The position numbers were made by a program, and so were the translations under genes. DNA of 64,000 nucleotides from NCBI GenBank assembly GCA_037146775.1, contig JBAWWL010000004.1, forward strand, positions 86,471-150,470, written 5' to 3'. Positions 51,005-61,638 of the stretch are shown here, one piece after another; the stretch's first letter is position 1; the number at the start of each line of letters is the position of its first letter. The DNA is from Candidatus Omnitrophota bacterium. Its GTDB lineage: Bacteria; Omnitrophota; Gorgyraeia; Duberdicusellales; 4484-171. Under the pieces are notes generated by a model. It was not told the DNA's origin and did not search any database. It saw only the letters and a program-made list of their open reading frames with translations.

Positions 51005-51940
51005 ATGAAGTGGAAACGGAAAGATCTACTAGGCCTGGAAGATTTAAGCAGAGAAGAGATAGAGTTAATTTTAGAAACCGCGAGGTCGTTCAAGGAAGTT
51101 TCTAAGCGCGAGATTAAAAAAGTCCCGGCCCTGCGCGGCAAAACCTTAGTGAACCTTTTTTATGAGCCATCTACCCGTACAAGAATTTCTTTTGAGCTGG
51201 CCGCCAAACGGTTATCGCTCGATGTTATTAATATTGCCACCGAAACTTCCAGTGTGCGTAAAGGCGAAACCCTTATTGATACCGGGAAAAATATTGAAGC
51301 ATTACGGGTAGATATTATCGTTATGAGGCATAGTTCGTCGGGTGCCGCGGCAATTCTGTCACGTCACGTGCGCGCCAGTGTCGTTAATGCCGGCGATGGA
51401 TGGCACGAACATCCTACACAGGCGCTCTTAGATATGTTTACCTTGAAGGAGAAGTTAGGCAAAATAGAGGGGCTTCATGTGAGTATTGTCGGCGATATAT
51501 CGCATTCGCGAGTCGCGCGCTCCAACATTTGGGGATTGACAAAACTCGGCGCTCAGGTAACCGTCTGTGCGCCGAAAATACTCATTCCTCTCGCCATAGA
51601 ACAAGCGGGTGTGCGAGTCACATATGACCTCGACGATGCGTTAAGAAACGCGGACGCAGTGAATGTGCTACGCATGCAATTTGAACGCGATGAAGTCGGA
51701 GCATTCCCGAAACAGCTCGAATATTTTAAAAATTACGGAATTACGCAGGAACGGCTTGCGAAGGCGAAGAAAAATATTTTGGTGATGCACCCTGGGCCGA
51801 TAAACCGCGGCATAGAAATTTCCAGCGACGTGGCTGACGGGCCGCACTCGGTTATTTTGGAGCAGGTTACCAACGGTATTGCCGTGCGCATGGCGGTTTT
51901 ATTTTTAGTAGCCCAGGCGAACGAATATATAAAACGATGA
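51005..51940 (+). CDS. pyrB: Aspartate carbamoyltransferase catalytic subunit
   Basis: FYEPSTRTR, HPTQALLD, MHPGPINRG. Confidence 0.98.
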   Translation: MKWKRKDLLGLEDLSREEIELILETARSFKEVSKREIKKVPALRGKTLVNLFYEPSTRTRISFELAAKRLSLDVINIATETSSVRKGETLIDTGKNIEALRVDIIVMRHSSSGAAAILSRHVRASVVNAGDGWHEHPTQALLDMFTLKEKLGKIEGLHVSIVGDISHSRVARSNIWGLTKLGAQVTVCAPKILIPLAIEQAGVRVTYDLDDALRNADAVNVLRMQFERDEVGAFPKQLEYFKNYGITQERLAKAKKNILVMHPGPINRGIEISSDVADGPHSVILEQVTNGIAVRMAVLFLVAQANEYIKR

Positions 51941-53214
51941 AACTATTAATTAAAAACGGACATGTTGTTGATCCTGCCAACCACGTTGATGGGGTGTGCG
52001 ATATCCTGATTGAACACGAACGCATTGCTAAAGTAGGCAGTGCTATCAAGGTCGACGCACATACTGTTATTGATGCCACAGGCAAGATCGTGATCCCCGG
52101 CATTGTAGACATGCATGTGCATTTGCGTGAGCCGGGCAGGGAAGACAAGGAAACCGTCTCCAGCGGTACTAAAGCGGCCCTGCACGGTGGCGTGACCAGC
52201 ATGCTGGCGATGGCCAATACCCTTCAGACCATTGATTGCCCGGAGGCTGTCCGCCTGCTGCGGCAGATTATTGAAAAAACAGCCTATGCCAATGTGTATA
52301 TTACTGCGGCAATTACCAAAGGACGAATGGGAGAGCATATTACGGATATTGCGCGGCTGAAGAAAGAAGGAGCCATTGCTCTGAGCGACGACGGCGCATC
52401 GGTCGACGCAGACAACATTATGCTTGAGGCGCTTAAAAAAGCCAAAAAAGCTAAAATGCTGGTTCTCTGCCATAGCGAAGATAAAAGATTATCAGCCGGC
52501 GGCGTGATGAACGCAGGGTTCACTTCGACAAAACTGGGCCTGCGCGGCATCTCGAAAGAATCGGAATATAAACGGGTACAGCGAGACATAGACTTGGCTG
52601 CCAGCATTGACGCGTGCGTGCATATTACTCACGTCAGCTGCAAAGAATCCGTGGAAATTGTTGCACAGGCCAAGAAAAAGGGAATTAGGGTAACTGCCGA
52701 CACCGCTCCTCACTATTTTTCGCTTAGCGAAGAAGCTGTTTCCGGTTACGATACAAATACCAAAATGAACCCCCCATTACGAGGTAAAGATGATATGTTG
52801 GCGATACAGCAAGCTTTGCGCGACGGCACTATAGATGCTATTGCTTCGGACCATGCTCCGCATACGGAAAATGAAAAGGAAATAGAATTTGATCGCGCTG
52901 AGTTCGGCGTTATCGGTCTGGAAACGGAATTGTCGGTAAGCCTTGCGCTCGTCCATGCCGGCGCGTTAACGTTGTCTGAGTTGATAGCAAAACTTACGCG
53001 CAATCCCGCCAAGATCTTGGGAATTCCCAAGGGAACGTTGAGTGTCGGCGCCGATGCTGACGTGGCGGTATTTTCGAAGGATCGAGAGTGGTTGGTTGAA
53101 AAAAAAGTATTTTTTTCAAAATCAAAAAATTCCGCGTTTTTAGGCAAAACTTTAAAAGGTCTGGTCGAGTACACATTTGTTAAGGGCAAGCGCGTATATC
53201 CTTACGCGGAATAA
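51937..53214 (+). CDS. pyrC: Dihydroorotase
   Basis: DMHVHLREPG, KMNPPLR, ASDHAPH. Confidence 0.97.
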   Translation: MKLLIKNGHVVDPANHVDGVCDILIEHERIAKVGSAIKVDAHTVIDATGKIVIPGIVDMHVHLREPGREDKETVSSGTKAALHGGVTSMLAMANTLQTIDCPEAVRLLRQIIEKTAYANVYITAAITKGRMGEHITDIARLKKEGAIALSDDGASVDADNIMLEALKKAKKAKMLVLCHSEDKRLSAGGVMNAGFTSTKLGLRGISKESEYKRVQRDIDLAASIDACVHITHVSCKESVEIVAQAKKKGIRVTADTAPHYFSLSEEAVSGYDTNTKMNPPLRGKDDMLAIQQALRDGTIDAIASDHAPHTENEKEIEFDRAEFGVIGLETELSVSLALVHAGALTLSELIAKLTRNPAKILGIPKGTLSVGADADVAVFSKDREWLVEKKVFFSKSKNSAFLGKTLKGLVEYTFVKGKRVYPYAE

Positions 53215-53225
53215 ACCGAGGGAAA

Positions 53226-54467
53226 ATGGAATTTGTAGCAGATTTTCACATTCACTCTAAATACTCACGTGCGACATCTCGAGATATGGATGTGAAACAT
53301 ATTGCCGATTGGGCAAAGCTAAAGGGAATTGCTCTTATGGGCACGGGAGACTTTACCCACCATTTATGGCTTCAGGAGCTAAAAGCGAATTTAGAAGATT
53401 TAGGCAACGGCCTGTTTAAACACAAAGATATTCATTTTATGCTTACCGCAGAAGTAAGCAGTATTTATTCCAAGAAGGGTAAGGTCTATCGCATACACAA
53501 CCTTATTTTTGCGCCGTCTTTTAAAACCGTAGAAAAAATAAACGAAACATTAGGCCGGCAAGGCAATCTGGCCAGTGACGGCAGGCCCATTTTAGGCTTA
53601 GATGCGGAAGAATTGGCACGTATTGTTTTTGATATCGACGAGAATTGTATGGTTATCCCGGCACATGTATGGACTCCCTGGTTTAGTCTTTTTGGCTCCA
53701 TGTCCGGCTTTAACAGGATAGAAGATTGTTTCGGGAAGCAGACTTCCAAAATATTTGCCATGGAGACAGGGCTTTCAAGCGACCCCGCAATGAACTGGCG
53801 GTTGTCCGCGCTCGATAAATTTTCTTTGATTTCCAATTCAGACAGCCACTCCCCTTCTCGCATAGGCAGGGAAGCGAATGTTTTTAATTGCGAGCTTAGT
53901 TATTTTGAAATTAAAAAAGTTTTGGAAAAAAAAGACAAAAATAAATTCTTGTATACAATAGAATTTTTCCCCGAAGAGGGGAAATATCACTTTGATGGGC
54001 ATCGTAACTGCAATCTTCGCAGCAGTCCCGAAGAAACGAAAAAATACAAAGGCATTTGTCCCCGTTGTAACCGCCCGATGACCAAAGGGGTGCTGTATCG
54101 TGTCGAAGAGCTTGCAGACAGGCCTGTCGGTTTCGTTCCTCCCGACGCCATTGCTTACAAGAGCTTAGTTTCGCTGGATGAAATATTGGCCGCGGTAAAA
54201 GGTGTGGATAAGAAGAGTAAAACCATAGAAAGGGACTACATGCCTCTTATAGACATGTTTGGGTCTGAGTTTAATATTCTGGTAAAAGTGCCGCAAAATG
54301 AGCTCGACGCCAAACTGCCCGCAAAAATAGCCGAGGGTATACGGCGGGTCCGGGGAGGACAATTGAAAATACTCCCTGGTTACGATGGCGAATACGGAAT
54401 AATTTCAATCTTCGACGAGGAAAACAAGAAAGATAAACAAGCACAACTCAGTCTTTTTGATACATAG
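53226..54467 (+). CDS. Endonuclease Q family protein (PHP domain + Zn finger)
   Basis: ADFHIHSKYSRATS, GTGDFTH, ETGLSSD, NSDSHS, GKYHFDGHRNC, CPRC, PGYDGEYG. Confidence 0.88.
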   Translation: MEFVADFHIHSKYSRATSRDMDVKHIADWAKLKGIALMGTGDFTHHLWLQELKANLEDLGNGLFKHKDIHFMLTAEVSSIYSKKGKVYRIHNLIFAPSFKTVEKINETLGRQGNLASDGRPILGLDAEELARIVFDIDENCMVIPAHVWTPWFSLFGSMSGFNRIEDCFGKQTSKIFAMETGLSSDPAMNWRLSALDKFSLISNSDSHSPSRIGREANVFNCELSYFEIKKVLEKKDKNKFLYTIEFFPEEGKYHFDGHRNCNLRSSPEETKKYKGICPRCNRPMTKGVLYRVEELADRPVGFVPPDAIAYKSLVSLDEILAAVKGVDKKSKTIERDYMPLIDMFGSEFNILVKVPQNELDAKLPAKIAEGIRRVRGGQLKILPGYDGEYGIISIFDEENKKDKQAQLSLFDT

Positions 54468-54508
54468 CGAATGAACAGAGTGTATGTAGTTTTTGCTCTA
54501 TACATATT

Positions 54509-55009
54509 ATGAAAGTAGCGATAATTTTTTATTCGTTTTCAGGAAACACAAAATCCGCATGTCTATTTTTAAAAGGGAGCTTGAACTCAAACGGTATCGC
54601 GGCAGATAGTATCGAGCTAAAACCCCTTAGAGAAGAGAGGTCATTTTTTCAACAAGGCAGGCAAGCATTCCGCAAGCACATGCCGCTTTTGGCCGACGTT
54701 ACATATGACCTGGCCGCGTACGATTTTGTTGTTTTTGCTTCGCCGGTATGGGCATTTACTATTGCGCCAGCGCTGCGCAGTTACCTCAAGAAAGCAAAGG
54801 GGTTAGAGAACAAAAAAACAGCGTGTTTTGTTACGCACGGTAGCGGTCTGGGCAGTAAAAAAGCGCTTCGAGAACTGGAGGAAATTCTTAAAAGCTGCGG
54901 TGCGCGAATCCTTTGTGCGAAAGATATCGCGGGGAATAAAGCAAAGGACTGTTTTTGTATGGAAGAAAATTTTAAATCTTTTATCGATATAGTAACGGCT
55001 CGCCCTTAA
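54509..55009 (+). CDS. Flavodoxin-like protein
   Basis: FYSFSGNT FMN-binding loop, FASPVWA, FVTHGSG. Confidence 0.85.
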   Translation: MKVAIIFYSFSGNTKSACLFLKGSLNSNGIAADSIELKPLREERSFFQQGRQAFRKHMPLLADVTYDLAAYDFVVFASPVWAFTIAPALRSYLKKAKGLENKKTACFVTHGSGLGSKKALRELEEILKSCGARILCAKDIAGNKAKDCFCMEENFKSFIDIVTARP

Positions 55010-55027
55010 GAAGGAGGCAAAGCGTAT

Positions 55028-55714
55028 ATGCGATACAAAATTTATTTAACACGCTTACTACGATTGGCGGTGTTTGTGTTGCCTGTAATATTAGCTGTGT
55101 ATCATTGTGACCCTGCCGCGCAGGCATATGCGCGTTCCCAGGAGCACCCTTCCAAGCTATTAGATACACAACCCGCTGCGTTGGCTGCGCTCATAAATTC
55201 GGCACAGTGGAAGCAGATCCAAATTTTTTGGAGCAAGCTTAACGCGTGTCGCTCGCGGCCAGACCGCTGCACCATGGGTGAGTATTTCGCGGTGCTTGAT
55301 GCGAAAAAAAGCGCCCAACTTTATAAAGAACTGGAACAAATCATTACTGGATTGGAACGGTTGGAGAAAGACCGTAAAATATCTTCTTCAACAAAAGAGA
55401 TTTTGCAAAATGTATTACGCGACCGCCTCGATTACTTTTCCGGCGTAAAACCAGAGGATGTGCTCAGTCAGGAAATACCTTTGTACGTTACCAGAAGGCT
55501 ACATATTATCGATCTGGAAAGAAACATTGATGCGTTACAAAAATTACATCAAACAAAAAAAAACATCTCAAAAGTGCAAAAGTTGTTGGGCGCTGTTCAG
55601 ACGCGCGTGAATATGCTCATTGCTTTCTACCGCCTGCCGCAGGGAATGTGTTTGAATGCGAGCGACGAGCGCATGGTGAGAGCACTGATAACGGATTTAG
55701 TAAAAAACAGCTAA
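55028..55714 (+). CDS. Exported hypothetical helical protein
   Basis: RBS AAGGAGG, signal-peptide-like N-terminus; no family recognised. Confidence 0.65.
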   Translation: MRYKIYLTRLLRLAVFVLPVILAVYHCDPAAQAYARSQEHPSKLLDTQPAALAALINSAQWKQIQIFWSKLNACRSRPDRCTMGEYFAVLDAKKSAQLYKELEQIITGLERLEKDRKISSSTKEILQNVLRDRLDYFSGVKPEDVLSQEIPLYVTRRLHIIDLERNIDALQKLHQTKKNISKVQKLLGAVQTRVNMLIAFYRLPQGMCLNASDERMVRALITDLVKNS

Positions 55715-55741
55715 GAGATAATTCCGCAAAACATATACTAT

Positions 55742-55813
55742 GTCCCTGTAGCCCAACGGATAGGGCGTTGGCCTCCGAAGCCAAAAATGGCAGTTCAATT
55801 CTGCCCAGGGACG
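55742..55813 (+). tRNA. tRNA-Arg(CCG)
   Basis: GTCCCTG...CAGGGAC-G, anticodon arm TTGGC-CTCCGAA-GCCAA, GCAG-TTCAATT-CTGC. Confidence 0.93.
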
Positions 55814-55882
55814 TTATATGTAGAACGGCCGAGAGAAGCAGTGTATAGAGCTGTGTGTGCGCATAAAACTAAAACGAGGAAG

Positions 55883-56344
55883 ATGAACATAGCAGTAATT
55901 GGCGGCTCAAAGGTTTCAAGAAAAAATTACCAGATTGCGTACGAGCTTGGCAAGTGCATCGCGCAGGAAGGCTGGGTATTGCTTTCCGGCGGTAGGACAG
56001 GAGTAATGGAAGCCTCGTGCAAAGGCGCACGAGAAAACGGTGGAGTAACGATCGGTATACTGCCCAGCTACGATGGCAAAGACGCCAATACGTATGTCGG
56101 TGTAAAGATTCCTACGGGCATCGGTTACGCGAGAAATGTGCTTGTGGTCCGCGCTGCCGATATTGTTGTAGCCATAAGCGGGAAATATGGAACGCTCTCT
56201 GAAATTGCTTTCGCATTTAACGAAGGCAAGACTGTCCTGGGTATTAATACCTGGAACATTAAGGGGGTACGCAAAGTAAAAAATGTCAAAACGGCAGTGC
56301 AATACATTAAACGAACATTTTGCAAAACTAATACAGTAAGGTGA
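55883..56344 (+). CDS. TIGR00725/LOG-family nucleotide-binding protein
   Basis: MNIAVIGG, GGRTGVMEA, TGIGYARN, GKYGTLSEIAFA; ATG 55883 after GAGGA. Confidence 0.88.
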   Translation: MNIAVIGGSKVSRKNYQIAYELGKCIAQEGWVLLSGGRTGVMEASCKGARENGGVTIGILPSYDGKDANTYVGVKIPTGIGYARNVLVVRAADIVVAISGKYGTLSEIAFAFNEGKTVLGINTWNIKGVRKVKNVKTAVQYIKRTFCKTNTVR

Positions 56345-56419
56345 ACATGCGCATTATTCTTTTCGATGGCGGGAAGAATAATGTTGGAAGTAAACTGTTG
56401 AGAACAGCTGTAAGGAGGA

Positions 56420-59400
56420 ATGATGCCAAAGAGAACAGACATTAAGAAAATAATTATTATCGGCTCAGGCCCCATTATTATCGGCCAAGCCTGCGAATTC
56501 GATTATTCCGGAACCCAGGCGTGTAAGGCGCTCAAAGAAGAGGGGTATGAAGTGGTTTTGGTCAACTCAAATCCGGCCACAATCATGACCGATCCGGGTA
56601 TGGCGGATCAGACATATATTGAGCCGCTTACGGTAGAAAGTTTGGAAAAAATTATCGAGAAAGAAAGACCCGATGCGCTGCTTCCTAATTTAGGAGGACA
56701 AACCGGACTTAACCTTGCGTCAGCGCTGCACAAAAAAGGTATCTTGGAAAAATATGACGTAGAAATCATCGGAGTTAAGGCTGATGCTATCGAACGAGGA
56801 GAAGACCGTCTTGCATTTAAAGAAACCATGAACGCGCTCGGCATCTCTCTCCCGAAATCGGAAATTTGTCATTCGGCTCAAGAGGCGGAAAAGATCGCCG
56901 AACAGCTGGGGTATCCTGTGGTGCTGCGACCGGCTTATACCTTAGGCGGAACAGGCGGCGGTATCGCGTATAATATCGAGGAGTTACGTACTATTGTCGG
57001 CAGAGGCCTTAACGCCAGCCTTATCCGCCAAGTCTTGGTTGAAGAATCCGTGTTAGGGTGGGAAGAGCTCGAGTTGGAGGTAGTACGAGATCAGAAAAAT
57101 CAGAAAATTACCGTATGTTTTATAGAAAACATCGATCCAATGGGAGTGCATACCGGAGATAGTTTTTGTGTTGCTCCTATGCTGACGGTTCCCGAAAAAC
57201 TGCAGAAGCGGATGCAGGAACTTTCGTATAAAATCGTTGATGCTATCGGTGTGGTAGGAGGCACCAATATACAGTTTGCTCATAATCCTTTGAATGACCG
57301 GCTGGTTGCCATAGAAATAAATCCGAGAACTTCGCGTTCTTCCGCGCTTGCCTCAAAAGCCACAGGTTTTCCTATCGCGCGTATTTCCACAAAGCTTGCT
57401 GCGGGCTTTACCATGGAGGAAATACCTTATTGGAGAAAAGGAACGCTTGAAAAGTATGAACCGAGCGGCGATTATGTGGTGGTAAAATTCGCACGCTGGG
57501 CCTTTGAGAAATTTCCTCAGGCAAAGGATATCTTGGGTACTCAAATGAAAGCGGTCGGAGAAGTTATGAGTATAGGCAAGAACTTTAAGGAGGCCCTGCA
57601 AAAAGCAATACGCTCACTAGAGATCAACCGATATGGTCTTGGGGTCAAAAAAATCAGGGTGCTTTCTCCGGAGGCCTTAACCGATAAGCTGCGGTATCCT
57701 TCGAGTGAACGTATTTTTCTAATGTACGAAGCTCTGCGCCGCGGCGTATCCGTCGAAGAGCTGCACCGGACCACTTATATCGGTTGTTGGTTTATCAATG
57801 AGATGAAAGAGCTGGTTGATTTTGAAGAAGAATTATTGAAGTATAAATGGAACGATCTTCCTGACAAAAAACTTTTGAAAGCCAAAGAGTGGGGGTTCGC
57901 CGATCGGTATATAGCGGAACTTTTTGGTATCAAAGAAAAAACAGTGCGCGATAAAAGAGTAGCGCTCGGTAAGATTGGTCATTATGACGCCGTGGCGGTC
58001 AGTGGAGTGGCGGATGCAGCCTATTATTACTCAACCTACAACGGCGAAGATCGCGTGAAAGTATCCGATAAGAAAAAAGTAATGATTTTAGGCGGTGGGC
58101 CCAATAGAATCGGCCAGGGTATTGAGTTTGATTATACCTGCGTACATGCTGCCTTTGCCTTGCGCGACGAAGGGCGCGAATCAATCATGGTCAACTGTAA
58201 TCCCGAAACAGTTTCTACCGATTATGACACTTCCGATAAGCTCTATTTTGAGCCGCTGACCGTGGAAGATGTAATGACTATTTATGAAAAAGAAAAACCG
58301 GAAGGAGCCATCGTTCAGTTCGGCGGTCAAACGCCTTTAAATATCGCTCAAGCACTCAAAGACAACGGCGTTAAAATATTAGGAACTTCTCCGGAAAGTA
58401 TTCGTCTCGCGGAAGATCGCGAGTATTTTAGGGAACGGATGAAAAAGTTAGATATTTTGCAACCGGAAGGAGATGCGGCTCGCTCTCTCGAGGAAGCAAT
58501 CAAGATCGCGAAAAGAATAGGTTATCCGTTGATGGTCAGGCCATCGTTTGTCTTAGGCGGCCGCGGCATGGAAGTTATTTATGATGAAGCCACGCTTAGA
58601 AGATATGCGCAAGAGGCGATCGAAATTACTCCCGAGTACCCGATGCTTATCGATCGTTTCCTCGAGCAGGCAATCGAAACCGAAGTTGACGCGTTGTGTG
58701 ATGGCGAAAACACTTTTGTTGCCGCGGTAATGGAACATATAGAACTGGCCGGGGTGCATTCGGGTGATTCGGCTTGCGCCATTCCGCCTCGGACCATACC
58801 TGAAAAACATCTCAAAACTATCAACGAATACACCGCAAAAATCGCCAAAGATCTTAAAGTGGTGGGTTTGATCAACATCCAGTACGCTATATGTAACGAT
58901 AAGGTTTATATCCTGGAAGCAAATCCGCGGGCATCGCGCACCGTGCCTTTGGTTTCTAAAATAACAGGTTTTCCTATCGCGCGTATCGCGACACTCTTGA
59001 TGCTGGGTAAGTCGCTAAAAGATTTTCCAGAACTTAAAGCTCGCAAGCTTTCTTACGTCGGCGTTAAAGAAGCCGTGTTTCCTTTCAATATGTTTCCCGA
59101 AGTTGACCCGGTGCTGGGGCCAGAAATGCGCGCTACCGGAGAAGTCATGGGTATAGCCGATAGCTTCGGCCTCGCGTTTTATAAAGCCCAAGAGGCCACA
59201 GGGCTCAAATTGCCCGAAGAAGGAAATGTGTTGATTACGGTGGCAGACAAAGACAAGCGCCAGATCATTCCGGTTGCGAAGAGGCTTAAGAAAGCAGGGT
59301 TTACTATTTATGCCACGAAAAAAACACACGCTGCGTTACGCGAGAACGGCGTTGAAAGCATTGAGATATGCAAAATTGACGAAGGCAGGCCGGACATTAC

Positions 59401-59626
59401 AGATCTTATTAAAAACCGGGATTTGCATCTTATTATCAACACGCCGCTCGGCCATAGCGGCAAGCTCGACGACAGCTATATCCGTATGATGGCAATTCAA
59501 TATAAGATTCCCTACATTACTTCTATCGCGTCAGCCGAAGCAAGCGTAGAAGGTATAGAGGCGGTTCAGCAGAAAAAAACCGCGCCCAAATCTTTACAGG
59601 ATTATCATAGCGATAGTATACGTTAG
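56420..59626 (+). CDS. carB: Carbamoyl-phosphate synthase large subunit
   Basis: GSGPIIIGQACEFDYSG, NSNPATIMTD, GPNRIGQGIEFDY, C-terminal MGS domain. Confidence 0.99.
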   Translation: MMPKRTDIKKIIIIGSGPIIIGQACEFDYSGTQACKALKEEGYEVVLVNSNPATIMTDPGMADQTYIEPLTVESLEKIIEKERPDALLPNLGGQTGLNLASALHKKGILEKYDVEIIGVKADAIERGEDRLAFKETMNALGISLPKSEICHSAQEAEKIAEQLGYPVVLRPAYTLGGTGGGIAYNIEELRTIVGRGLNASLIRQVLVEESVLGWEELELEVVRDQKNQKITVCFIENIDPMGVHTGDSFCVAPMLTVPEKLQKRMQELSYKIVDAIGVVGGTNIQFAHNPLNDRLVAIEINPRTSRSSALASKATGFPIARISTKLAAGFTMEEIPYWRKGTLEKYEPSGDYVVVKFARWAFEKFPQAKDILGTQMKAVGEVMSIGKNFKEALQKAIRSLEINRYGLGVKKIRVLSPEALTDKLRYPSSERIFLMYEALRRGVSVEELHRTTYIGCWFINEMKELVDFEEELLKYKWNDLPDKKLLKAKEWGFADRYIAELFGIKEKTVRDKRVALGKIGHYDAVAVSGVADAAYYYSTYNGEDRVKVSDKKKVMILGGGPNRIGQGIEFDYTCVHAAFALRDEGRESIMVNCNPETVSTDYDTSDKLYFEPLTVEDVMTIYEKEKPEGAIVQFGGQTPLNIAQALKDNGVKILGTSPESIRLAEDREYFRERMKKLDILQPEGDAARSLEEAIKIAKRIGYPLMVRPSFVLGGRGMEVIYDEATLRRYAQEAIEITPEYPMLIDRFLEQAIETEVDALCDGENTFVAAVMEHIELAGVHSGDSACAIPPRTIPEKHLKTINEYTAKIAKDLKVVGLINIQYAICNDKVYILEANPRASRTVPLVSKITGFPIARIATLLMLGKSLKDFPELKARKLSYVGVKEAVFPFNMFPEVDPVLGPEMRATGEVMGIADSFGLAFYKAQEATGLKLPEEGNVLITVADKDKRQIIPVAKRLKKAGFTIYATKKTHAALRENGVESIEICKIDEGRPDITDLIKNRDLHLIINTPLGHSGKLDDSYIRMMAIQYKIPYITSIASAEASVEGIEAVQQKKTAPKSLQDYHSDSIR

Positions 59627-59667
59627 GCCGACGGTCCAACGTATTGTGTGCGGAGGTTAAAATTAAA

Positions 59668-60222
59668 ATGTCTAATACAATAACGAATTCCTTGCAAAGG
59701 TTATCGCGGATTGTGTTTAACAAAGAAGAAGTCAGGAAGCTTGTTGCCTCGAAAAAAATGATCGAATCCTATATCGATCTAGACACCCAGCTGACTCCCA
59801 ATGGTTTTGATGTAACGGTGGAAAAGGTTTTTTCGTTCATTTCTTCCGGCGCTTTAGATTTTTCCAACAAAGAAAGAATTCTGCCGGAGACAAAAGAGGT
59901 CATTGCCAAAAAGAGAAAAACAACAGATAAGTTCGGCTGGTGGATTTTGAAGAAAGGTGTTTATAAAGTAAGGACCAACGAAACCGTTAATCTGCCGAAT
60001 ACTGTGGTGGCGTTTGCTTTCAGTCGTACTTCCGTTTTGCGTATGGGCGCTTTCACACAGCATGGCGTGTGGGATGCTGGTTTTCGCGGTAAAGGAGAAT
60101 TTGTTTTAACCGTAGAAAACCCCAAGGGTATTGCGATTAAGCAGAATGCCCGCATTGCCCAACTGGTATTTCTTTCTACCAACGAGACAGAAGGGTATAA
60201 AGGTATCTACAAGAATTTGTGA
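59668..60222 (+). CDS. dUTPase/dCTP deaminase family protein (archaeal-type dUTPase-like)
   Basis: QLTPNGFDVTV, SRTSVLRMG, VWDAGFRG, ARIAQLVF, EGYKGIY. Confidence 0.85.
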   Translation: MSNTITNSLQRLSRIVFNKEEVRKLVASKKMIESYIDLDTQLTPNGFDVTVEKVFSFISSGALDFSNKERILPETKEVIAKKRKTTDKFGWWILKKGVYKVRTNETVNLPNTVVAFAFSRTSVLRMGAFTQHGVWDAGFRGKGEFVLTVENPKGIAIKQNARIAQLVFLSTNETEGYKGIYKNL

Positions 60223-60229
60223 GGTAAAA

Positions 60230-60628
60230 ATGCACACCTTGTGCCTTGATACCACCAAAAGAGCAGAGATGATTGATATCACCTCTCGCGTGGGAAAAAT
60301 CGTAAAAGACTCTGAAATAAAAGACGGCCTTTGCGTTATTTTTTGCCCGCATACAACCGCCGGTCTCACTATAAACGAAAACGCAGACCCTTCAGTAAAA
60401 AAAGATATACTTACGCACCTAGAAGAACTTGTACCACAGGATAAAAATTATACGCACACCGAAGGCAATTCCGCCGCGCACATTAAAAGCTCTCTGGTGG
60501 GGAGTTCCCTCTATGTCATTGTTGAGTGCGGCGCACTTGTTTTAGGAACCTGGCAAGGAGTGTATCTTTGTGAGTTCGATGGCCCACGGCAACGGCACAT
60601 ATATGTGCAAACGATAGCAGCGCAGTAA
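60230..60628 (+). CDS. yjbQ: YjbQ/UPF0047 family protein
   Basis: HTTAGLTINENADP, EGNSAAHIKS, LGTWQGVYLCEFDGPR. Confidence 0.93.
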   Translation: MHTLCLDTTKRAEMIDITSRVGKIVKDSEIKDGLCVIFCPHTTAGLTINENADPSVKKDILTHLEELVPQDKNYTHTEGNSAAHIKSSLVGSSLYVIVECGALVLGTWQGVYLCEFDGPRQRHIYVQTIAAQ

Positions 60629-60821
60629 CATTAGTATTCCAGCAATCAACTTAACCTGGCCTCAATATCTTTCTTGCACGAGAGGAGCAATGTCAAGATT
60701 TCTAGAAGAGGTTTTTGGCCTTTCGCGAAGCGAAAGCAGTAGGGATGTTTCCAATGGATTCTGTGATTCCAACAAGAGAGCTATTGCCGAGATATTATAG
60801 ATAAGGCTAAAAAGGAGTACG

Positions 60822-61625
60822 ATGCCCGAACTTCCAGAAGTGGAGACCATCAAACGCGAATTAGAAAAAGCGGTCTTAGGTAAAAAAATTACCGAGGTCT
60901 GCGTGCGTCACCCTACAGTTATACGCGAACCATCGGTTGAAAAATTTAAAAAAGGCATTGCCGGCACGACGGTAAAAAATATTCTGCGTAAAGCCAAGGT
61001 TTTAATTTTAGAATTGTCGAATGGGAAATCTTTAGTGATCCACTTGAAGATGACGGGCCAGCTTATTTATCCCGGGACCCCCGGTACGCACACGCGCGTT
61101 GTCTTTAACCTGGCTGGCGGTAAAACGCTCGATTTTAACGATCAACGTTTATTCGCGGATCTGCGGCTACTCGATGACTGGCGCAATTTAAAATTTATTC
61201 AGGAGTTGGGGCCGGAGCCATTCGATATCTCAAGGGAACAATTTAACAGTATGTTAGATTCCAAGAAAACCAAAATAAAGCCTCTTTTGATGGATCAAAC
61301 ATTTATTTCCGGCGTGGGCAACCTTTATGCGGCAGAGGCGTTATTTCGGGCGCGTATCCACCCCGAAAGGCCGGCCCAGAGTTTATCCGGAAAAGAAAAA
61401 GAAACACTCCTGACCGAGCTAAAAAAAACGCTCGAAGAAGCGATCCGCCATAAAGGCTCGTCCGTAGATCAGTATGTGCAGTTAACCGGCGCACCGGGGG
61501 ATTATGTGCAGCACCACCAGGTATATGAACGCCAAGGAAAGCCTTGCCGTATCTGTAAAACGCCGATTAAGAAAATCGTTTTAGGCGGAAGAGGTACTTG
61601 TTTTTGCCCCAAATGCCAGAAATAA
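60822..61625 (+). CDS. mutM: Formamidopyrimidine-DNA glycosylase
   Basis: MPELPEVET, HLKMTG, GVGNLYAAE, C-terminal Zn finger CRIC...CPKCQ. Confidence 0.98.
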   Translation: MPELPEVETIKRELEKAVLGKKITEVCVRHPTVIREPSVEKFKKGIAGTTVKNILRKAKVLILELSNGKSLVIHLKMTGQLIYPGTPGTHTRVVFNLAGGKTLDFNDQRLFADLRLLDDWRNLKFIQELGPEPFDISREQFNSMLDSKKTKIKPLLMDQTFISGVGNLYAAEALFRARIHPERPAQSLSGKEKETLLTELKKTLEEAIRHKGSSVDQYVQLTGAPGDYVQHHQVYERQGKPCRICKTPIKKIVLGGRGTCFCPKCQK

Positions 61626-61638
61626 ACACACCTTTATT

